Positions 57,594 through 64,000 of a DNA stretch of 64,000 nucleotides are shown here, piece after piece (the stretch's first letter is position 1; each line of letters starts with the position of its first letter). A model generated the notes under the pieces. The model was not told the DNA's origin and searched no databases. It saw only the letters and a program-made list of their open reading frames with translations. The translations under genes and the position numbers were made by a program. The stretch is from an uncultured virus (IMG/VR IMGVR_UViG_3300009502_000040) (taxonomy: Duplodnaviria > Heunggongvirae > Uroviricota > Caudoviricetes): the IMG/VR virus record IMGVR_UViG_3300009502_000040. One strand, 5' to 3'.

Positions 57594-58059
57594 TTATGTT
57601 ATACAGATCACCCTTGGTTTTAACACCGTAATAGATAGCGTCCAGATTTTTTGAAGTTTCTCTTAAAAATTGCACATGAGTATCAAATAGATCAATTAAA
57701 AATTGATGATCAGCAAGATCAGCTTCAATTAATTTCATTTTTTCGCCACCATTTGTCTTTGGAGTATATTCTGTAGCATAAAATTCCCACTGCAATTTCC
57801 AATTTTTTTTCATTGGTTGGCTATACTTGTATATTCGAACTGCATATTCGTGGATTTCATCTGTAATATTTTGACGCTGACTTATAGATTCTGCTTGGAC
57901 ATCAAGTATATTTTTAACATCTTGATCTTTTAACTGTGTTGCTAAATGCTGAACTATTCCATTCCACTGAGTTTGTGAAGTTTTGATATCTGTTATTATT
58001 TTTAAAAATTTTGCTTCCCGCTGTTTTATCTGCTCAGGGGTTAGTTTTATTTCTGCCAT
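57577..58059 (-). CDS. Helical protein, possible UvsY-like recombination mediator
   Basis: Size, coiled-coil character, WEFY and IEAD pattern, linkage to uvsW. Confidence 0.45.
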   Translation of the reverse strand: MAEIKLTPEQIKQREAKFLKIITDIKTSQTQWNGIVQHLATQLKDQDVKNILDVQAESISQRQNITDEIHEYAVRIYKYSQPMKKNWKLQWEFYATEYTPKTNGGEKMKLIEADLADHQFLIDLFDTHVQFLRETSKNLDAIYYGVKTKGDLYNIIGGYK

Positions 58060-58107
58060 TTTATTAAATTATTTTTTATTTTTATATGCTTTAAATGCCA
58101 TTAAGTT

Positions 58108-58839
58108 TTAAACTTTAGAAAATACTATATCAAAGTAATAATCAAATGCGTACAATGACGATGATTTACTTTGGTTATACTGAACCGTTAAAGTTTGAAA
58201 ATTATAAATGTCTAAATTTACTAAACTAAAATCTGTAACCAGATATTCATCACTATATACATCAACATCAAATTCTGGATTATATTGAAGAATAATGTTC
58301 TTTTTTATTGACTGATCAATTTTTATATCTTTATACTTAACATAAAATTTCATACTATCAAATTTATATCTGCCGATAATATTATTTTTTATATATTCAT
58401 ATGTGGCGTTATTGATATTTCCGCTATATACATCAGTATAATTTATAGATTTAAATAACCTACTTTCTTTGAATTTAAAAAATAGATAATCTTGAAGAAT
58501 ACTCTTAGCATTAATTTTAATTTGCCAACGTGTATTATTTTGCAAATTATTAGTTGTTTGATTCAACAGTGATATGCTTTGATTATTAGCCTTTAAATCT
58601 GTTAAATTTTCAGAATATTCAAGCTCCCATTCGTCAGGTATTGTATCTTTATCAAAATATTGGTATCCGATATTACTACCACTTGAAACACAACTAAAAT
58701 TGATGGTATCCGCATTAATAGTAATAACATTTTCAACATATGCTGCTTTTCCACCAAAAAAAGTTCTCAGCTCTTTCATATTCATAGTTCCAGAGATAGG
58801 TGTTATGATAAACTTTTTTAGCATTAACGTACTTTTCAT
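58108..58839 (-). CDS. Putative structural protein
   Basis: Last gene of large structural operon. Confidence 0.6.
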   Translation of the reverse strand: MKSTLMLKKFIITPISGTMNMKELRTFFGGKAAYVENVITINADTINFSCVSSGSNIGYQYFDKDTIPDEWELEYSENLTDLKANNQSISLLNQTTNNLQNNTRWQIKINAKSILQDYLFFKFKESRLFKSINYTDVYSGNINNATYEYIKNNIIGRYKFDSMKFYVKYKDIKIDQSIKKNIILQYNPEFDVDVYSDEYLVTDFSLVNLDIYNFQTLTVQYNQSKSSSLYAFDYYFDIVFSKV

Positions 58840-58853
58840 ATTTGATTAGTTTT

Positions 58854-61800
58854 TTATGCTGAAGCATTCCCAAATGGAATACTTGGTTGTGTAACAACTA
58901 CAAAGTTTGTTGCAAAACTTTTCGTGTTTACTATCTGATCTGGATTAGTCAAAACGTAAAATTCTCTATCCCAAGAAGAATTAAATATAAATCTTGAAGA
59001 ATATTGATATCCATATTCGTCAACCCTTGGATATATTGACATATCCTGATCAGTATTTTTCAATTTCAAAGGAACAATCTTCGGGTTAACCTTCGAAAAT
59101 ATCATTTCTTCAATAACCCCAAATCCTTGAAGTGAAGTATCAAATTTATAATTACTACCCCAGCCATTAATAGTGGTTTGCGTCTTACCACTGTTCACGC
59201 TATTAAATATATATGAGCACCCAAATAAAGGAATATCCTTAAAAATTGGCTCGTATGAACCATTATATCTGAACACTACATTATTAGAAGTTATCTTATT
59301 GGAAGCATAAATAGTATTAATATTTGAAACCTTTTGATTTGGATATATCGCCCTTGCTAATGGTTCTGTAATATTAGATTTTTTCTTAGTTTGGTCATCG
59401 TAATATGTCTTATATTTATCATAAATATTTGTTACTGGACCCTTAATTGGTACAGTAATATAAGATGATCGTTTAGTTTCAAGTGAAATAGGGTCTACTA
59501 TAGAAAGCATGTAAGGTGGAATATTCTTTGTCCACCCACTCAATGTTGACATTGAATTATTTGGATTGTAGACATTAATATTTCCAGTCGATCCAGAATT
59601 TCCATCGGCATCAATATAATAAAACGTAATACCAGAATCAAATTCAGTAATATTATTTAAATCCCCAAAAGCTGTAGTAAAATTAGCTGCGGTAAATTTA
59701 CTTGGGTCAAACTGCGGTGATGTTGCACTTAATGACTCACCATATACAGTTTTAGCGGTGTATAATCCAGTTTTTTCATTAAATATTGGCACATTGTTTA
59801 AATTAACAAATCCACTTTTAATCGGAATTGTCGCATTAACAATGATTAATAAATTTTTAAATTTTTCATTTAAAAAAACATGAATTGCATCAACGGTATT
59901 ATCAATTACAGTATTACCAGATAGCCCATTTTCAACAATTCCTCCACCATCAATTAAATATACATCATTTAATATTATAGCGAATTTGTAACCGTTAAAT
60001 GTTTTACTATTATCATAAATATAGTCAGTAATAGCACCAGTATCATTCCTTACTATATCAGATAAATAACCAGCGTTAAAATTTAATCCTTTGAAGATTG
60101 TTGTAGATTGAGAATATTGATCACCACAATTAAAAACGGAATATTTTGATGTGGGCTTTAAATAATCAACATAATCTAATCTGTAATACATTTTATTCTT
60201 AAAGAAGTATTCAAAATAGTCTACATTTGAATTTAAATATAATCCCAAATTAAACTTACTGCTTAATTTGTTCATTAAATCAGTTTCTATATTTGTTGAT
60301 TGATTAAAATACCTAACTGTAACCCCAGTTGAGCCTATTGTTGTGTTACCAGAAAAGAAATTTCCTATTCTATAGAAGTAATCCAAATTCTTTTCAGCTT
60401 CATCTGGAAGATTTAAAATAGTGTTAGCTGTTCTATTGAAAATATCACCAACTTTAATTGAGTTGTTCATTTTATATGGGTAGTCACATTGGCACAATGA
60501 CCCAACCGCACCCCATTTAACATATGACTGATTTTTACGCCATATATCAGACAATTCACTATTATTATTTAAAACTTCAAATAGCTCATCATCCCCAATA
60601 TATTCAGAGGCGGCATTCATAATTTGATATTGCCCGTCTTCCCCTCTTGCATGAATCATAAATTCTCTACCAATCGATTCATTCATATAATCAGTTGCAT
60701 ATATTTTGTGTTCATTTGTAAGATGATATGTATCTTTTTCATAGTCAAAATCAGCAAAATGGGTATTAACAATATCCATATCAAAATCTTTAACATCTGT
60801 TAATTTTAATCTATACACTGGGTATGTAATTGGGGTTTGCTTGTAAGTTGAAACATTTTTAACAATCCTTGTTCCACTATCTTTTCCACCTTTCCAATAC
60901 TCTAAATATGTTGGAAATGAATTTATACCATAATCACTTTGAATAAAATAATCGGTACCTCTTTTCTTTAATATGTGATATATACCATCAATATTAATTA
61001 AATATAAATCAGCATACATTGAATGTGTAACAGCATCGTTAGGATTTGAACTATAATAATCATCTATAACATCATACGGATCAATTTGAAATTTTGATGT
61101 CATACCAGATACAAAATTTGTATATCCAGACGGATTGTTTATGGCACGGCAACGATAATTGAATCCGTGCTCATAGTTAATGATACAGCTATTATCATAA
61201 ATTTTACTAAAATCAATATCTTTCATATCACGATCACTTATTATCTTATAAAGATATTTATCGTCTTGCTGTACTTTTACGACCTCATAAAATTTACCTT
61301 CATACTGAATCCAATATGTTATATTATCTTTGAACCCATCTACAAATGGAGATTCGATCATTTCTGTTGTTCCAGAACAAAAAATATTATTTATCAATCC
61401 TATATCTGGCTTAAGTGATGGGGTCATATAAGACGTTAAATTAGTAACAAATTCTAACTTGTCAATGTAAAATCCATAATATCTATTCATCGAATAGTTC
61501 CTAACAAGCTCTGGTGTTGATGGAACATCATTAAATAAAAATTTCATATTTAATATGTTTGGATAAATCATATTATTTTCTTTATATCCGTCAACGATCA
61601 TTTTTTCAAGTCTAAAATGCGGCTGTTCATAAAATAGTGCGTCCTGTAAATATTTTTCCTTAACAACATAAGAACCGCTGGTATAATCAATCCCAGACCA
61701 TCTTGAAAAATTAAATCTTTTAAAATCCAATTCGAATGAATGAAGTGGGAATCTGGTATTATTAGTGAAATTTTTAGATAGAAAATATCCAAGATCGGAT

Positions 61801-62327
61801 TGATATCTCATATCAAAAAAATTAACGCATTTCCACTTATCAACAATTTGATCATTAAAATTATCTTTATTGAGCTCCGATATTACAAATTCATTGTTAA
61901 TCATTTCATATGGAGTTGGCTCATCCACTCGTAGAACAATAAACCCCTCAGGAAGAGTATCCTTCCTAATAAACAACGGTGCAAAATATTCATAATCTTC
62001 GTTAAACCACTTATCTTCAACAGCTTTTGCACCACTCCAATACATATCATCAAACTGTTTATCATATGAACTTTGAACGATTTTATTGTCATTATCATAT
62101 TTTACATCAAATGCTAAATCTGATGGTAATCCTTTATAGAATCTAACCAATTGATCTTCATATAAAGAATTTTTGCTTATTTGAAAATGCTTATACTTTT
62201 CATCACTAAGCTGCTTATTGGTGTCAAATGTTTCTAAGTATAATTTATAATCAGAACTAACAACTAATTTCAAATTAGTAGTTAATCTTGGGTTTGTTTT
62301 GAGTAGCTGAAAACTTCTATTTATCAT
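58854..62327 (-). CDS. Large (1157 aa) putative virion/baseplate protein
   Basis: Size, N/Y/F-rich composition, many SGxT units, operon context. Confidence 0.6.
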   Translation of the reverse strand: MINRSFQLLKTNPRLTTNLKLVVSSDYKLYLETFDTNKQLSDEKYKHFQISKNSLYEDQLVRFYKGLPSDLAFDVKYDNDNKIVQSSYDKQFDDMYWSGAKAVEDKWFNEDYEYFAPLFIRKDTLPEGFIVLRVDEPTPYEMINNEFVISELNKDNFNDQIVDKWKCVNFFDMRYQSDLGYFLSKNFTNNTRFPLHSFELDFKRFNFSRWSGIDYTSGSYVVKEKYLQDALFYEQPHFRLEKMIVDGYKENNMIYPNILNMKFLFNDVPSTPELVRNYSMNRYYGFYIDKLEFVTNLTSYMTPSLKPDIGLINNIFCSGTTEMIESPFVDGFKDNITYWIQYEGKFYEVVKVQQDDKYLYKIISDRDMKDIDFSKIYDNSCIINYEHGFNYRCRAINNPSGYTNFVSGMTSKFQIDPYDVIDDYYSSNPNDAVTHSMYADLYLINIDGIYHILKKRGTDYFIQSDYGINSFPTYLEYWKGGKDSGTRIVKNVSTYKQTPITYPVYRLKLTDVKDFDMDIVNTHFADFDYEKDTYHLTNEHKIYATDYMNESIGREFMIHARGEDGQYQIMNAASEYIGDDELFEVLNNNSELSDIWRKNQSYVKWGAVGSLCQCDYPYKMNNSIKVGDIFNRTANTILNLPDEAEKNLDYFYRIGNFFSGNTTIGSTGVTVRYFNQSTNIETDLMNKLSSKFNLGLYLNSNVDYFEYFFKNKMYYRLDYVDYLKPTSKYSVFNCGDQYSQSTTIFKGLNFNAGYLSDIVRNDTGAITDYIYDNSKTFNGYKFAIILNDVYLIDGGGIVENGLSGNTVIDNTVDAIHVFLNEKFKNLLIIVNATIPIKSGFVNLNNVPIFNEKTGLYTAKTVYGESLSATSPQFDPSKFTAANFTTAFGDLNNITEFDSGITFYYIDADGNSGSTGNINVYNPNNSMSTLSGWTKNIPPYMLSIVDPISLETKRSSYITVPIKGPVTNIYDKYKTYYDDQTKKKSNITEPLARAIYPNQKVSNINTIYASNKITSNNVVFRYNGSYEPIFKDIPLFGCSYIFNSVNSGKTQTTINGWGSNYKFDTSLQGFGVIEEMIFSKVNPKIVPLKLKNTDQDMSIYPRVDEYGYQYSSRFIFNSSWDREFYVLTNPDQIVNTKSFATNFVVVTQPSIPFGNASA

Positions 62328-64000
62328 GCACCTAACGCCCCTCCTTGAGCAATTGTTCCACCACCAGTACGAACTATGTATGTGTAATTTCTATAAATTT
62401 TAAATACTAATTCGAATTCAAACGGACGTGATGAGTTTTCAATTTCCGCAAAAATTTTCAATCGCCTTGTAACAAATGATGAGGTGGTTGTATTTTGTGG
62501 AATATAAACGGCTGGATACGCTGATGTGCTTCCAGTTGACATTTTAAAATATATGATAATTGGTAGAGTTATTATACCATTCGCATCAATATATTTAACA
62601 CCCCCCTTATCAGAATACACAAAATTGCTTATATCTACAATCTTTGGGTGAACAGAAGTCAAGAATGCTGTTGGGCCTCCAATCCCCCAGTTTTCTGTTG
62701 TGGATGATATTCCAGTCCACGGTAACGACATAATGCTTATTGGGTCTGCATAACTTAGATTGGCATCAGGTGAAGTTCTTCCAGAAATACCAACATTATA
62801 ATTATTTGATGATAATACTGAATTTTGCTCATTAATATAATTAGCCTGATTTGATGTAAACCCAGACCAGTATATTTGCTGTGTGCCAGTAGAATCATCA
62901 ATCCAAATGAATTGATTGTCTGTCTGAGCATATAGAATATCATTTTCATCAACATATGTGGCTAATGATCCTTTTGCTACAACAGGATTATAAAACCTAT
63001 TATCTGTTGTGCTCGTTGGAACAAATTTTCTATAAGAAAGTAGACCCAACTGGCTGCTTTTTGCAACATTTTGAAATTGAATATAATAATCCTCAATTCC
63101 TTGTACACTATTAATGTAATTACGTGTACCGCCACTTGATTGTGCACTTTCTTCACACCTGACTGTTATTGTTACTGATGCTCCATTGGCAATAGTAGTA
63201 GGAACAGTGTCTTTAAATAATGTGACTGTAAGTTCACCTTTTGAACGAAGAATTTGCTCTTCTAATGAGGCAATTCTTGTATTTAAATTTATCAAATATT
63301 GATATAATGTAAGCATATTTCCCGTATCATCCTTAAACGATGTCCCAAGATTTATATCCATATGGGCAATATATTGATCATTATTGTAAAATGACTGTTG
63401 CAAGTGATTTGATAAACCTTTAGCATTCAATTTGTTTTCAAGTGCATTTGCAATTGTATCATCTTGAGCTTCTTGTAATATTATAGAATTTTCATCACCA
63501 ATTTGTGATAAATCCGTTGGAAATCCAATTGTTAACACATTACTCCAGTCAGATTCAATCGGAGCATCGGGCCAACCAACTTCAGATATTGATTTAATTC
63601 TAATTTCAACAGTTTCACCATTCTGAATAGCAATATCCAATTGATTAATATTAGGGGTATCTGCGTTAGACACATCTTCAATTACCCACGTCCAAACATC
63701 CAAAACACTATTATATAATCGTTTTCTGGCATCGGATAAAAATTGATTCCAGTTTGAAAAATATCCAGTTGTATTTACAATTTGGGTTGTAACACTTGGA
63801 TTTGTAAATGCTCTTGTCTGATCAGAAATATCACCAGTTGTTGTGGTTGTGTTATACGTGGTTTGATTCATTGTTAAATTAAACCCTTCGGTAGGTGGCT
63901 CTGACCCACCAGTCTTACTATAGCGATACTGCACTTTAAATTGTACAACTTCTTGCTTTGTTTGATATCCTTCATACCCAGTCAAAACTGGCTCTGGAAA
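62324..64000 (-). CDS. Large putative virion protein, 5'-partial
   Basis: Frame open to window edge; FN3-like segment (EIRIKSISEVGWP...SDWS), coiled coil, SGxT units. Confidence 0.65.
   Translation of the reverse strand, partial: FPEPVLTGYEGYQTKQEVVQFKVQYRYSKTGGSEPPTEGFNLTMNQTTYNTTTTTGDISDQTRAFTNPSVTTQIVNTTGYFSNWNQFLSDARKRLYNSVLDVWTWVIEDVSNADTPNINQLDIAIQNGETVEIRIKSISEVGWPDAPIESDWSNVLTIGFPTDLSQIGDENSIILQEAQDDTIANALENKLNAKGLSNHLQQSFYNNDQYIAHMDINLGTSFKDDTGNMLTLYQYLINLNTRIASLEEQILRSKGELTVTLFKDTVPTTIANGASVTITVRCEESAQSSGGTRNYINSVQGIEDYYIQFQNVAKSSQLGLLSYRKFVPTSTTDNRFYNPVVAKGSLATYVDENDILYAQTDNQFIWIDDSTGTQQIYWSGFTSNQANYINEQNSVLSSNNYNVGISGRTSPDANLSYADPISIMSLPWTGISSTTENWGIGGPTAFLTSVHPKIVDISNFVYSDKGGVKYIDANGIITLPIIIYFKMSTGSTSAYPAVYIPQNTTTSSFVTRRLKIFAEIENSSRPFEFELVFKIYRNYTYIVRTGGGTIAQGGALGA

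Noticed and set aside
1..64000. Stop-codon reassignment (as in Lak or some crAss-like phages)
   Set aside because: Long conserved genes are intact in code 11, and TAG/TGA end genes at sensible positions (e.g. 8997, 54722, ATGA overlaps)
1..64000. CRISPR array or tRNA genes
   Set aside because: No regularly spaced 25-45 bp repeats or cloverleaf/T-loop signatures seen by eye; a tRNA or covariance-model scan was not run

Overview
AT-rich, gene-dense segment of a large (jumbo-type) T4-like dsDNA phage, very probably infecting Bacteroidota (TAnnTTTG promoters, a Bacteroidota-type lipoprotein, a KDGTPDKRY-repeat protein). It uses the standard genetic code. Left to right: an IS607-family element whose downstream gene does not look like TnpB; arrays of small accessory genes; DnaK; two GIY-YIG endonucleases and one PD-(D/E)XK endonuclease, two of the three coupled to small ribbon-helix-helix (RHH) genes missed by the ORF track; a DHH phosphoesterase; NadE, a CDF transporter, DHFR and GMP reductase/IMPDH; an 8-gene nucleotide-sugar/methyltransferase/glycosyltransferase operon; the N-terminal part of a split family-B DNA polymerase; a GT4 + Aah/TibC-type heptosyltransferase among Ser/Thr-rich virion genes; UvsW helicase; and large structural genes. 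The strongest unexplained signals are (i) two recurrent C-terminal peptide tags on unrelated proteins, RxxK[LIM]xx[IL] on 18 ORFs or remnants and [RK]FDL-stop on 6; (ii) a candidate virion O-glycosylation system with a recurrent [ST]-[GA]-x-T motif; and (iii) three promoter-like motif classes that sort genes into apparent early, middle and late sets. All calls come from reading the sequence by eye; no database search was run.
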